DNA of 64,000 bases from Christensenellaceae bacterium (GTDB taxonomy: Bacteria; Bacillota; Clostridia; Christensenellales; UBA1750), in NCBI GenBank assembly GCA_031280685.1, contig JAITGM010000020.1, positions 21,755 to 85,754 on the forward strand, in the 5' to 3' direction. Below the pieces are notes generated by a model. That model did not search any database and had not been told where the DNA came from. It saw nothing but the letters and a program-made list of their open reading frames with translations. The position numbers and the translations under genes are program-made. This document shows, in pieces, positions 1 to 9,177 of the stretch; position 1 is the first letter of the stretch; each line of letters begins with the position of its first letter.

Positions 1-2100
1 GACGGCGCGACGCCAACGCCCACCCCGGGCGCACAAACCCCGACGCTTACCGCCACGGTGCGTCTCTCGACGAACTCCTCCACGCTCAACATGCGCAGCG
101 CGCCCTCGTCGAGCGCGAGCGTGGTGACCTGGCTGAACAACGGCACGCAGCTCGGCGTTTTAGAGCAGCGCAGCGACGGCTGGCTGCGGGTGAGAACCTC
201 GGGCGGCCTGGAAGGCTACGTGAGCGCCGCCTATGTGACGCTCAGCAGCATCGGCACGCCGACTTACACGCCAGGCCCCACCCCGACCACCCAGCTGGGA
301 ACCGTTACGGCTTCCCAGCTGAATGTGCGCGCGGGGGCTTCGTCGTCTAGCGCAAAGGTCGGCACGCTGAACTACGGCGCCAAGGTCAAGATCTTGGGCG
401 AAAGCCTGGGCTGGTACCGCGTCGAGTTTGGCGGGCTCGAGGCCTACGCGGCCAGCGCCTATATCCTAAAAGATGCGCCGAGCGGCGAACCCGCACCCGG
501 CGCCACGCCAACTCCGAGCCCGACGCCCGGCTCCTCGACGGGGCTTGGAAACCTCACCCCCGGCGACATCCCCGCAAACGGGGTCTTGGGCACGGTGGAA
601 ACCGGGGCCGGGGTCTATTTGGAGGTGTATGGCGGCACGAACCAGAGCACGACCGGGTCCTGGCTGATGAACGGGGCCCAGGTTTTGATTACCGGCGTGG
701 AAGGCGACTACTACAGGATCGCGATGAGCGGCGACCGGGTCGGCTATGTGCTCAAGCGCTATATTCGCACCGCGAAGGATGGCACGGCACCCACGCCCAG
801 CCCCACGCCGGTCGGCCAGACGCCGACGCCCAGCCCCACGCCGACCAATCCCGGCGATTTGCCGCCGGGTTACGGCCTTGGGGTGTTGAGCGCCTCGAAT
901 ATTCCGGCTGGCGGCGTACTGGGCACGGTTCGCTTAAGCGGCACGACCACGTCGCTGACCATTTACGCGGACGCGAATAAGACTTCGCCGATCAACACGC
1001 TGGCCAATGGCATCGCCGTGACCGTCATGGGCGTGAATAACGACGTATACAACGTGAACGTGGGCGCGATCAACGGCTTCGTGCTCAAGGCCTTCATCAT
1101 GACCCCGCTGCCGAGCGGCACGGCGCCCACGCCAACCCCTAGCCCGGCGCCTGGCGACGGCACGATCACGGGCTACATCCAGCTTTCGACCGCGGGCGGC
1201 ACCCTGCGCCTGCGCCAGGAGCCCAGCACGGCTTCCTCCGTGCTGACCCAGCTCCCCAACGGCGCGATGGTGGCGGTGATTAACCAAACCGGGGATTGGT
1301 ACCGCATCGGCTATGGCGCCTACACCGGCTATGTGATGAAATCCTACGTGCGCCTTGCTACGAACAGCACGGTGCCAGATGGCGGCTCCGGCGGCACGGG
1401 CTCGGGCGGAACCGGCTCCGGCGCGGTGGGCGAAACGCTCTATCTTGGTTACATCGCCCTGAGCGATGCCAATAGCAGCGTCAACGTGCGCAGCTCGGCC
1501 TCGTCCAGCTCTTCGGTGCTGGGCTCGCTCAAGCATGGTACCGCGGTCGAGGTTCTGGCCAGCAACGGCGACTGGTATAGGCTCAATTACGGCTCTGGCT
1601 CGGGTTATGTGCTGCGCAGCTATATACGCCTGACGGGCGAAACCAAACCGGGCAGCGGCTCAGGTTCTGGCGCCGGTTCTGGTTCTGGTTCGTCGTCTAA
1701 CGTGGGCAGGAGCGGCACGGTCAAGCTCTCAAGCGCTTCCAGCACGGTCAACGTGCGCAGCGGCCCGGGCACGAGCTACGCTGTCACCTTCGTGGCCGCG
1801 CACGGCCAGCAGCTCACCATCACCGCCGAGCAAAGCGGCTGGTATGGCGTTACCATCAACGGCAAGTCGGGCTATATCAGCGCACAGTATGTCGCCTTGG
1901 GCGCTTCGCCCGCCCAGAGCAGCGCGCAGACCACGGCCGCGGTGCATCTGCGCTCTTCTGCCTCGGCCACCTCAAACTCCTTGGGAACCTACACGGCGGG
2001 TACGACGGTGACGGTGCTTGAGAAGGGCGCGGACTGGTCCAAGGTCAGCGTTGGCGGGAAGACTGGCTATATGAAGAACAGCTACTTAAGATTCAGTTAA
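1..2100 (+). CDS. Cell-surface protein of eight tandem bacterial SH3 (SH3b) repeats; 5' end outside window
   Basis: Frame 1 is open from base 1 (DGATPTPTPGAQTPT...), so the listed start at 58 is not the real one. Eight ~55-aa repeats of the form N[VM]R...G..V.V....GW[YL]R[VI]...G..GY[VI]...Y[VI] are separated by P/T/S/G-rich linkers. TAA at 2098-2100. Confidence 0.75.
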   Translation, partial: DGATPTPTPGAQTPTLTATVRLSTNSSTLNMRSAPSSSASVVTWLNNGTQLGVLEQRSDGWLRVRTSGGLEGYVSAAYVTLSSIGTPTYTPGPTPTTQLGTVTASQLNVRAGASSSSAKVGTLNYGAKVKILGESLGWYRVEFGGLEAYAASAYILKDAPSGEPAPGATPTPSPTPGSSTGLGNLTPGDIPANGVLGTVETGAGVYLEVYGGTNQSTTGSWLMNGAQVLITGVEGDYYRIAMSGDRVGYVLKRYIRTAKDGTAPTPSPTPVGQTPTPSPTPTNPGDLPPGYGLGVLSASNIPAGGVLGTVRLSGTTTSLTIYADANKTSPINTLANGIAVTVMGVNNDVYNVNVGAINGFVLKAFIMTPLPSGTAPTPTPSPAPGDGTITGYIQLSTAGGTLRLRQEPSTASSVLTQLPNGAMVAVINQTGDWYRIGYGAYTGYVMKSYVRLATNSTVPDGGSGGTGSGGTGSGAVGETLYLGYIALSDANSSVNVRSSASSSSSVLGSLKHGTAVEVLASNGDWYRLNYGSGSGYVLRSYIRLTGETKPGSGSGSGAGSGSGSSSNVGRSGTVKLSSASSTVNVRSGPGTSYAVTFVAAHGQQLTITAEQSGWYGVTINGKSGYISAQYVALGASPAQSSAQTTAAVHLRSSASATSNSLGTYTAGTTVTVLEKGADWSKVSVGGKTGYMKNSYLRFS

Positions 2101-2124
2101 GCCCCGCTTGGGGTGCGTTCAGGG

Positions 2125-2158
2125 CGAAGGGCCGGCTGCATGCCGGCCCTTCGTTTTG
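2125..2158 (+). terminator. Rho-independent terminator after the SH3b-repeat gene
   Basis: 12-bp stem CGAAGGGCCGGC (2125-2136) / GCCGGCCCTTCG (2142-2153), 5-nt loop, followed by TTTT. Confidence 0.7.
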
Positions 2159-2253
2159 CGCTCTTCCGCGTTCCAAAAGCGCAAAACGAGAGGAACTTTT
2201 TACGAAGGATTAGGGGAAGCAGGGAGGAGAAATGAGCCCACCAGCGAATCCTT

Positions 2254-2303
2254 AAGGGGTAGAAGTGGAACGATAGGGGCTATTGGGGAACAAAAGGGAA
2301 GAA
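2254..2303 (+). promoter_or_regulatory. Candidate MraZ operator: five [G/T]GG-core boxes at exact 10-bp phasing
   Basis: Consecutive decamers AAGGGGTAGA / AGTGGAACGA / TAGGGGCTAT / TGGGGAACAA / AAGGGAAGAA put [G/T]GG at 2256, 2266, 2276, 2286 and 2296. The array lies 55-100 nt upstream of the mraZ ATG. Confidence 0.4.
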
Positions 2304-2355
2304 TAGCCCACTGAAAAGGCTCGAAAACACCCTTGAAGTGGAAGGAGGCGCGGCC

Positions 2356-2769
2356 ATGGCGGAATTTTTTGCGGGGAGCTATCACTATAGCATAGACCCC
2401 AAGGGCCGCGTCATCATTCCGGCAAAGTATCGCGAAAGGCTGGGCGAGAAGGTGGCGATCCAGCGCGGGGCGGGGCCTTGGCTTGAGGTGCAGCCTCTTG
2501 GCGAGTGGTATAACTGGCTTGAAGGCTACTCAAGGCTGGACGAATACAGCGGCGACCAGGCCATGCGCGCCAAGCTGCGCAGAAAGGTACAAGGCAGCCA
2601 GATCGACAATTTGGTCGATAAGCAGGGCCGTTTGCTGATCCCGCAGGAAATGCGCGAGCATGCCCATTTAGAAAGGGAGATCGTGATTGCGGGCTCCATC
2701 AACGTGATCGAGATTTGGGACAAGGCCCGCCACGAAGAATTCTTAAGGCGCGAAGAGGAGGAGCCATGA
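2356..2769 (+). CDS. mraZ: Transcriptional regulator MraZ
   Basis: ATG 2356 follows GAAGGAGG (2341-2348). It has the duplicated MraZ halves (SIDPKGRVIIP and VDKQGRLLIP). It is the first gene of the dcw cluster. Its TGA overlaps the rsmH ATG (ATGA at 2766-2769). Confidence 0.93.
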   Translation: MAEFFAGSYHYSIDPKGRVIIPAKYRERLGEKVAIQRGAGPWLEVQPLGEWYNWLEGYSRLDEYSGDQAMRAKLRRKVQGSQIDNLVDKQGRLLIPQEMREHAHLEREIVIAGSINVIEIWDKARHEEFLRREEEEP

Positions 2770-3755
2770 GCTGCTTTTCGCACACCCCGGTGATGCCGAA
2801 GGAGTGCATGGAGCAGCTCGGCATCGCGAAGCGCCCGCAAGGCGTCTTCGTGGATGGAACCCTGGGCGGCGGCGGGCATTCCGAGCTGATTCTATCGGGC
2901 ACGAAGGGGCTGCTCATCGGCATAGACCGCGACGAAGAGGCCCTTGCCGCCGCCAAAGAGCGGCTGAGCCTTTTCGGCGGGCGTTTTTGTGCACAGTACG
3001 GCAATTTTGCCCAGATGGACGAGCTTCTGGGTGCGATCGGCATCAAGGAAGTGGACGGCGTGCTGCTGGATCTGGGGGTTTCCTCCCATCAACTCGATGT
3101 GGCCGAGAGGGGCTTTAGCTTTCATCAGGATGCGCCGCTCGATATGCGCATGGATAAGAGCCAGACCAAAACAGCCCAGGACGTGCTCAATACCTACTCT
3201 CTTGAGAACCTGACCCGGGTTTTGAGTGAATACGGCGAGGAAAGATGGGCCTTTCGCATCGCGAAGTTCATCATAGAGCGCAGGCCGCTGCGCAGCACCC
3301 TTGATTTGGTGGCGGCGATTGACGCGGCGGTACCAAAGGCTGTGCGGCGCGAGGTTTCGCACCCTGCAAGGCGAAGCTTTCAGGCATTGCGCATCGAAAC
3401 CAACGACGAATTAAGATCCCTTGAAAGAGGACTGAAGGCCGCAGTCTCGATTCTGAAGCCTGGCGGCAGGCTAGCGGTGATCAGTTTCCACTCGCTCGAG
3501 GATCGGATCGTGAAACGATCGTTCCAAACCATGCAAAACCCTTGCGTGTGCCCCAAGGGCGCGCCGGTCTGCGTCTGCGGGCGCAAGCCGATGGGCTTTG
3601 TGGTCACGAGGAAGCCCATCTTGCCGGGCGAAAAGGAGCTTGAGCAAAATCAGCGTGCGCACAGCGCAAAATTGCGTGCCTTTGAGCGCGCGGGCGGCGA
3701 AGGAGGGGAAGCGCGATGGCAGATCCAAAGATTCGGCGCAGAAACAACCCGCTAA
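2766..3755 (+). CDS. rsmH: 16S rRNA (cytosine1402-N4)-methyltransferase RsmH
   Basis: Motifs HTPVM, GTLGGGGHS, LDLGVSSHQLD, RGFSF, PLDMRMD and SFHSLEDRIVK. The start is taken at the ATGA overlap with mraZ rather than the listed 2715. Confidence 0.93.
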   Translation: MSCFSHTPVMPKECMEQLGIAKRPQGVFVDGTLGGGGHSELILSGTKGLLIGIDRDEEALAAAKERLSLFGGRFCAQYGNFAQMDELLGAIGIKEVDGVLLDLGVSSHQLDVAERGFSFHQDAPLDMRMDKSQTKTAQDVLNTYSLENLTRVLSEYGEERWAFRIAKFIIERRPLRSTLDLVAAIDAAVPKAVRREVSHPARRSFQALRIETNDELRSLERGLKAAVSILKPGGRLAVISFHSLEDRIVKRSFQTMQNPCVCPKGAPVCVCGRKPMGFVVTRKPILPGEKELEQNQRAHSAKLRAFERAGGEGGEARWQIQRFGAETTR

Positions 3756-4321
3756 GCGACGGCTCCCTGGCACTGAAGATGGAAAAAAGGCGGCAGGAAA
3801 GGCAGGTCGTATTCACCCCGCTCGAGCGGGGACGGGGCGGCGAAAGCCTAATTGAAGAGGCCAGGCAGGCCGAGCGGCGCAGGGCGCTGAATGCGCACGC
3901 GCAGGAAGCACAGCTTGGTTTTGCGCGCGCCCCAGCCCAAAAGCGCGAGGAAAGGCAGCGGGAAATTGCCCAAAAGGCCTCCCTTGAACGGGAAGAGCAG
4001 GCAAGGCTGCGCAGGGCCACTGAGCACAAGCAGGGCGGCGCCAAAAGGGCGGTTTTAACCGCGCTGTTCGCCGCGCTGGCACTGCTGGGCTGCTGCAGCT
4101 TCTTCCTGCTGACCGGGCAGGCGAAGGTTGAGGCGCTGCTGGTGGAATCCCATAAGCTCAGCGCCGAGATTCGCGAGAGCGAAAGGCGCATCAGCGAGCT
4201 GGAGCTGAGCCTGAACGCGCAGAGCGACGTGAACTTCATTCAGGACTATGCCCGGGAAAACCTAGGGATGGATTACCCGAATGTGGAAAATGTCCGCGTA
4301 ATTGCGCTGCGCAAGGAATAA
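3716..4321 (+). CDS. FtsL-like cell-division protein (single-pass, coiled coil) with long charged N-terminal region
   Basis: ATG 3716 follows GAAGGAGGGG. It has a ~95-aa K/R/E-rich N-terminus, one TM (AVLTALFAALALLGCCSFFLLTG) and then a coiled-coil segment (LSAEIRESERRISELELSL). It sits between rsmH and the PBP, as ftsL does. The call rests on architecture and position only. Confidence 0.6.
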   Translation: MADPKIRRRNNPLSDGSLALKMEKRRQERQVVFTPLERGRGGESLIEEARQAERRRALNAHAQEAQLGFARAPAQKREERQREIAQKASLEREEQARLRRATEHKQGGAKRAVLTALFAALALLGCCSFFLLTGQAKVEALLVESHKLSAEIRESERRISELELSLNAQSDVNFIQDYARENLGMDYPNVENVRVIALRKE

Positions 4322-4401
4322 AGGGGCGAAGAAAAGGAAAGAAAACGCCAACCATCTTGAATGCCCGCGGCGAAAGAGGTATACACATAAAGGGAAAAAG
4401 C

Positions 4402-6588
4402 ATGGTGCGGGCGGAAGGGGGAAGAGGCGTGACGGAAAAGGGGCCGGGCGAGCTTTCTAAGCGGCGCCTGGGGATCTTGATCGTGGGCGTATTCTGCGCC
4501 TTCACGCTTCTGATCGGCAGGCTGTTCTACATCCAAATCGTGGACGGCGAGAATTTGCAGCAAAAGGCGCTGAAGCAATGGGCGCGCGAGTTCACCGTGA
4601 CGGCAAAGCGCGGCGAAATCACCGACAGGAACGGCAAGGTTTTGGCGCAATCAGCCTCGGCAGCTACGGTGATCGCCACACCCTCGGACGTAAGAGACAG
4701 GAACAAGGACGAGGAGCAGTTTTATCAAAAAACCTGGCGCCTGGCCGAGATTTTGGGGCTGGATTACGATGGCTTGCTCGCGAAGCTGAGCGACACCACC
4801 AAGGGCCAGCAGGTTTTGGCCAGGCAGATCAGCCTTGAAAAGGCGGATGAGATTCGAGCGATCAATTTTGGCGGCATCGCAATCAATGAAGACAGCGTCA
4901 GGGCCTACCCGCAGGGGAGCTTTCTCACGCAGGTGCTGGGCTTTACCGATATATCGGGCCAGGGGCAGGAAGGGCTTGAGAAGAGCCTGAATAAGTACTT
5001 GGCGGGCACCAATGGGCGCATCGTTTCGCAAGTGGACGCAGAAAACCGCCAGATGAGCGCCGGCGCCGACGAATACATCGAGCCTGAGGACGGCTACACG
5101 GTCAAGCTGACCATCGACTACGTTATTCAGTCCATTGCAGAAAAAGCGGCGGAGCGCGCCTTGCGCGAAAATGGCGCCAAGGGCGTTGAGGTTGTGGTGA
5201 TGGACCCCAAGACCGGCGAAATCCTGGCGATGACCAACAAGCCGGACTTCGACCTGAACGCCCCGCCGCGTGACGACCTGAGCGCGCTCTCGAAGCTCAT
5301 GCGCAACTCCACGGTGGTGGACGCCTACGAGCCTGGCTCGACCTTTAAGATCCTCACCACGGCCCTCGCGCTCAACGAAGGCGTCGCCACCATGAATTCG
5401 GGCTTTCACTGCTCAGGCTATGTGATGGTGGACGGCGACAAGATCAAGTGCTGGCGCTCGAGCAACCCGCACGGGCACCAAAGCCTGCAGGAGGCAGTGA
5501 ATAACTCCTGCAACCCTGCCTTCATCGAGCTTGCGCTGCGCCTTGGCATCGAGCGCTTCTATAAAGGCCTGGACTCCTTCGGCATCGGCAGGGATCTTGG
5601 GGTGGATATGCCCGGGGCGTCTTCCGGGCAGCTCATCCCGATCAAGTACGTCAAGAACGTCGATCTGGCCCGCGTGGGCTTTGGGCAGAGCGTGGCGGTT
5701 TCGCCCATCCAGCTTCTTACGGCGGCAAGTGCGGCGGTGAACGGCGGCAGGCTGATGAAGCCGCATATCGTCAAAGAGATGCTTGACAGCGAGGGCATGA
5801 GCGTAGTCAGCTACGCGCCAGAGCAGGTCGGCCAGCCGATCACCGAAGAAAGCTCGGCCCTCATGCGCAAGCTGCTCGAGGGTGCGGTGACCGACGGCGG
5901 TGGGCGCAACGCCTACATTCCAGGCTACCGCGTCGGCGGCAAGACCGGTACCGCCCAAAAATACGTGAACGGCAAGGTTTCAAGCGATGTGCATATTTGC
6001 TCCTTCCTGGGCTTTGCGCCCATGGACGATCCCCAGGTAGCCGTGCTCTTCATCGTGGATGAACCCAGCGTGCGGCCGGACTTTGGCTCGACCGTGGCCG
6101 CGCCCTTTGCCAAGGACCTCTTGAGCGATACGCTCAAGCACCTGGGCATTCAGCCAAAATATAAGGATGGCGAGAAGGACTTGGTGGGCAAGACCACCAC
6201 GGTGCCCAATGTGGTAGGCGAAAGCATCGGCACGGCGAGCGCGGCGCTTTCTGAGGCCGGGCTCAAGGCCATGACGGACGGGATCGGCAGCGTGATCGTC
6301 GAGCAGCTGCCCGCCGCCGGGGCAGAGGTGCCCGAAGGCTCGCTGGTCGTGCTCTACACCGAAAGGCTGGGCGCCGGCGAGCAGGAAACCCAGGGCTGGA
6401 TTGAAGTGCCAGACCTGAAGGGCTTGTCGATGATCAGCGCCAACCGGCTGTTGAGGGATCTGGGGCTCACGATGAAGATCGAGGGCTCGGGCTTGGCGGT
6501 TTCGCAGGAGCCAAAGGCCGGCACGAGGGTGGATCCCAACATCAACCCCGACGAAAAAGAGGTCAAAGTGCGCTTTGAAAAGCCATAA
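4402..6588 (+). CDS. Class B penicillin-binding protein (FtsI/PBP2B/SpoVD type) with two C-terminal PASTA domains
   Basis: N-terminal TM, SxxK (STFK), SxN (SCN) and KTG(T) motifs. Two PASTA repeats (VPNVVGESIGTASAALSEAGL..., VPDLKGLSMISANRLLRDLGL...). The start is ambiguous (TTG 4357 or ATG 4402). Confidence 0.9.
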   Translation: MVRAEGGRGVTEKGPGELSKRRLGILIVGVFCAFTLLIGRLFYIQIVDGENLQQKALKQWAREFTVTAKRGEITDRNGKVLAQSASAATVIATPSDVRDRNKDEEQFYQKTWRLAEILGLDYDGLLAKLSDTTKGQQVLARQISLEKADEIRAINFGGIAINEDSVRAYPQGSFLTQVLGFTDISGQGQEGLEKSLNKYLAGTNGRIVSQVDAENRQMSAGADEYIEPEDGYTVKLTIDYVIQSIAEKAAERALRENGAKGVEVVVMDPKTGEILAMTNKPDFDLNAPPRDDLSALSKLMRNSTVVDAYEPGSTFKILTTALALNEGVATMNSGFHCSGYVMVDGDKIKCWRSSNPHGHQSLQEAVNNSCNPAFIELALRLGIERFYKGLDSFGIGRDLGVDMPGASSGQLIPIKYVKNVDLARVGFGQSVAVSPIQLLTAASAAVNGGRLMKPHIVKEMLDSEGMSVVSYAPEQVGQPITEESSALMRKLLEGAVTDGGGRNAYIPGYRVGGKTGTAQKYVNGKVSSDVHICSFLGFAPMDDPQVAVLFIVDEPSVRPDFGSTVAAPFAKDLLSDTLKHLGIQPKYKDGEKDLVGKTTTVPNVVGESIGTASAALSEAGLKAMTDGIGSVIVEQLPAAGAEVPEGSLVVLYTERLGAGEQETQGWIEVPDLKGLSMISANRLLRDLGLTMKIEGSGLAVSQEPKAGTRVDPNINPDEKEVKVRFEKP

Positions 6589-6619
6589 AAGATAAGATCA
6601 GGTTCAGGAGGAATGGGTT

Positions 6620-8080
6620 GTGGATTTAAGAAAGCTGATGGCTGAGGTTGCCGGCATAGAAGGGTTTGATGGGGACGATTCGGTCGAGATCACGGGCCTG
6701 AGTTACGATTCGCGCAAGGCGGGCAAAGGCTTTTTGCACTTCTGCCTGCCGGGCCAGAAGGTGGACGGCCATGATTTCGCCGCCCAGGCGGCCGAAAATG
6801 GAGCGGCGGCGCTTGTGGTCGAAAGAAGGCTGCCTATCGGGTTGCCTCAAGTGCTGGTGAAGGATGCGCGCAAGGCCATGTCGTACTTTGCGCAGGCCTT
6901 TTACGGCCACCCCGCCAAGGACATGATCTGCGTGGGCATCACCGGCACGAAGGGCAAGACGACCAGTTCGTATTTGATCGCCTCCATCGCAAAGGCGGCG
7001 GGGCATAAGGTGGGCCTGGTGGGCACGGTGGTTACGCGCATCGGCGAAGAGGAGGAGGAGGCGAGCCTCACCACGCCCGAGGCCATCGAGCTGCAGGCCC
7101 TGCTCGCCAGGATGCGGGATGCAGGCTGCAGCTTCTTCGTCATGGAGGTATCGGCCCACGCGCTGGCGCAAGAGCGCCTTGCCGGCATGGTTTTTGACGC
7201 GGGACTATTTACGAACCTCAGCCAGGATCACCTCGATTACTTCCACACCATGGAAAACTATAAGCTCGCCAAAAAGCGCTTCTTCAGCGCGGAGTATATC
7301 AAGCGCGCCATTGTTAACCTCGATGATGACGCGGGGGCGGAGATGACCGACGGGAAGGTGCCCGTAACCGGCTTTGCGGTGGCGGGGCGCGCGGGCGTGC
7401 AGGCCTGCGCCGAGGACATTGAGATTCAGGAAAGCGGGGTTTCCTACACCTTGCGCTATAAGAGCCTGGCCGCCGAGATCCGCATGCGCTTTTCGGGCAT
7501 CTTCAACGTCTACAATTCCCTCGGCGCGGCAGTGACCTGCCTTGAGCTGGGCGTGCCGATGTCGGCCGTGAGAAGCGGCATTCAGGCCGTGGCCGTGGTG
7601 CCGGGGCGCATCGAACCGCTGCAGACGAGCACGCCCTACCGCGTCATCTTGGACTATGCCCATTCGCCTGCTGCGCTTGAAAACATCCTCGAAACCATCC
7701 GGCAGTTCACGCAGGGGCGTCTCATCTGCGTCTTTGGCTGCGGCGGCGGGCGCGATAAAGAAAAAAGGCCGCTGATGGGGGGCATTTCGGGCCGCTTGGC
7801 CGATTATTCCATCCTCACATCAGATAATCCCCGCTATGAGGAGCCGACCGAGATCCTGAGCGCTATCGAAAGGGGCATCGCCCCGACGGGCGGGCCTTAC
7901 AGGGTGATCGAAAACCGCCGGGAGGCGATTGCGGAGGCCCTGAAAATGGGGCAAAAGGGGGATATCATCGTCTTGGCGGGCAAGGGCCACGAAACCTACC
8001 AGGAGGTCGCGGGCATCAAGCGCCCCTTTGATGAAAAGCAGGTCGTGGCCGAGCTTTTAAGCGAGATGGGCCTGGATTAA
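6620..8080 (+). CDS. murE: UDP-N-acetylmuramoyl-L-alanyl-D-glutamate--2,6-diaminopimelate ligase
   Basis: GTG 6620 lies 8 nt after AGGAGG. It has the P-loop GITGTKGKTT and a DNPR motif (SDNPRYE) typical of meso-DAP-adding MurE. Confidence 0.93.
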   Translation: MDLRKLMAEVAGIEGFDGDDSVEITGLSYDSRKAGKGFLHFCLPGQKVDGHDFAAQAAENGAAALVVERRLPIGLPQVLVKDARKAMSYFAQAFYGHPAKDMICVGITGTKGKTTSSYLIASIAKAAGHKVGLVGTVVTRIGEEEEEASLTTPEAIELQALLARMRDAGCSFFVMEVSAHALAQERLAGMVFDAGLFTNLSQDHLDYFHTMENYKLAKKRFFSAEYIKRAIVNLDDDAGAEMTDGKVPVTGFAVAGRAGVQACAEDIEIQESGVSYTLRYKSLAAEIRMRFSGIFNVYNSLGAAVTCLELGVPMSAVRSGIQAVAVVPGRIEPLQTSTPYRVILDYAHSPAALENILETIRQFTQGRLICVFGCGGGRDKEKRPLMGGISGRLADYSILTSDNPRYEEPTEILSAIERGIAPTGGPYRVIENRREAIAEALKMGQKGDIIVLAGKGHETYQEVAGIKRPFDEKQVVAELLSEMGLD

Positions 8081-8129
8081 AGGCGAATGAGAATAAGAAA
8101 AAGAAAGAAGTCACCAAAGAGAATGGGGA

Positions 8130-9131
8130 GTGCCTGACGACATGCGAAGTTCGCTCTTTACGCTGATCCTTTCCTTCCTGTGCATGATGGCCTTAGGGCC
8201 GGTGATCATCCCGCTGCTGCAAAAGTTGAAGTTCGGCCAGACCGAGGCGAGCTACGGCCCGCAGAGCCACGCAGCAAAGCAGGGAACCTTGACCATGGGC
8301 GGCATCATGATGGCCGTGGCCTTCACGGTTTCAGCCTTTGCCTTCGCGCCCGCCAATACCCGCTTTGGCGCGATGCTGCACCTCATCCTCTTTACGCTAG
8401 GCTTTACCGCAATCGGCTTCATCGACGATTACATCAAGGTCTGCCTCAAGCGCAATTTGGGCCTTCGCGCCTGGCAGAAGATCGCGCTGCAGCTCGGGCT
8501 ATCGTTTGGCATGGCGCTGTATTGCTACCTGAACGAGCAGATCGGCTCGAGCCTCATCGTGCCCTTCGTGAACATCGAATGGGATCTTGGGCTGTTCTAC
8601 ATCCCCTTTGCGATGTTCGTGATCATCGCCGTGGTGAACTCGGCCAACCTGACCGATGGGGTGGACGGCCTTTGCGCCTCCGTCACGACGGTGACGATGG
8701 CGACCTTTTTGCTCATCGCCCTCTTCATGAAGGACGCGGCCGGCGATCATGGCCTTTCAGACAGCGCGATGGTCTTTTGCGCGGCGATGGCGGGGGCCTG
8801 CCTGGGCTTCCTTCGCTATAATGCCAACCCGGCGCGCATCTTCATGGGCGATGTGGGCTCCTTCCTCCTTGGCGGGGCCGTGGTGGCGGCGGCGCTCGTG
8901 CTGCGGCTCTCGCTGCTGCTGCCGATGGCGGCGGTCATGTACGTGGCCTCCTCCTTGTCAGACATCATTCAGATCGGCTCGATCAAGCTTCGGCATAAGA
9001 AGGTCTTCCGCATGGCGCCGCTGCATCACCATTTTGAGCTTGGCGGCATGTCGGAAACCCGGGTGGTGGCGATGTACACTGCGGTGACGGTGCTTTGCTG
9101 CCTGCTGGCGCTGATCTCTTTGGGAGTATAG
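8130..9131 (+). CDS. mraY: Phospho-N-acetylmuramoyl-pentapeptide transferase
   Basis: Polytopic membrane protein with NLTDGVDGL, MGDVGS and PLHHHFE motifs. The start is either GTG 8130 or ATG 8142. Confidence 0.93.
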   Translation: MPDDMRSSLFTLILSFLCMMALGPVIIPLLQKLKFGQTEASYGPQSHAAKQGTLTMGGIMMAVAFTVSAFAFAPANTRFGAMLHLILFTLGFTAIGFIDDYIKVCLKRNLGLRAWQKIALQLGLSFGMALYCYLNEQIGSSLIVPFVNIEWDLGLFYIPFAMFVIIAVVNSANLTDGVDGLCASVTTVTMATFLLIALFMKDAAGDHGLSDSAMVFCAAMAGACLGFLRYNANPARIFMGDVGSFLLGGAVVAAALVLRLSLLLPMAAVMYVASSLSDIIQIGSIKLRHKKVFRMAPLHHHFELGGMSETRVVAMYTAVTVLCCLLALISLGV

Positions 9132-9177
9132 GGTTATAAAAGGCAAAGTCATTTTAACGATGTGGAGGGGCTAGGGC

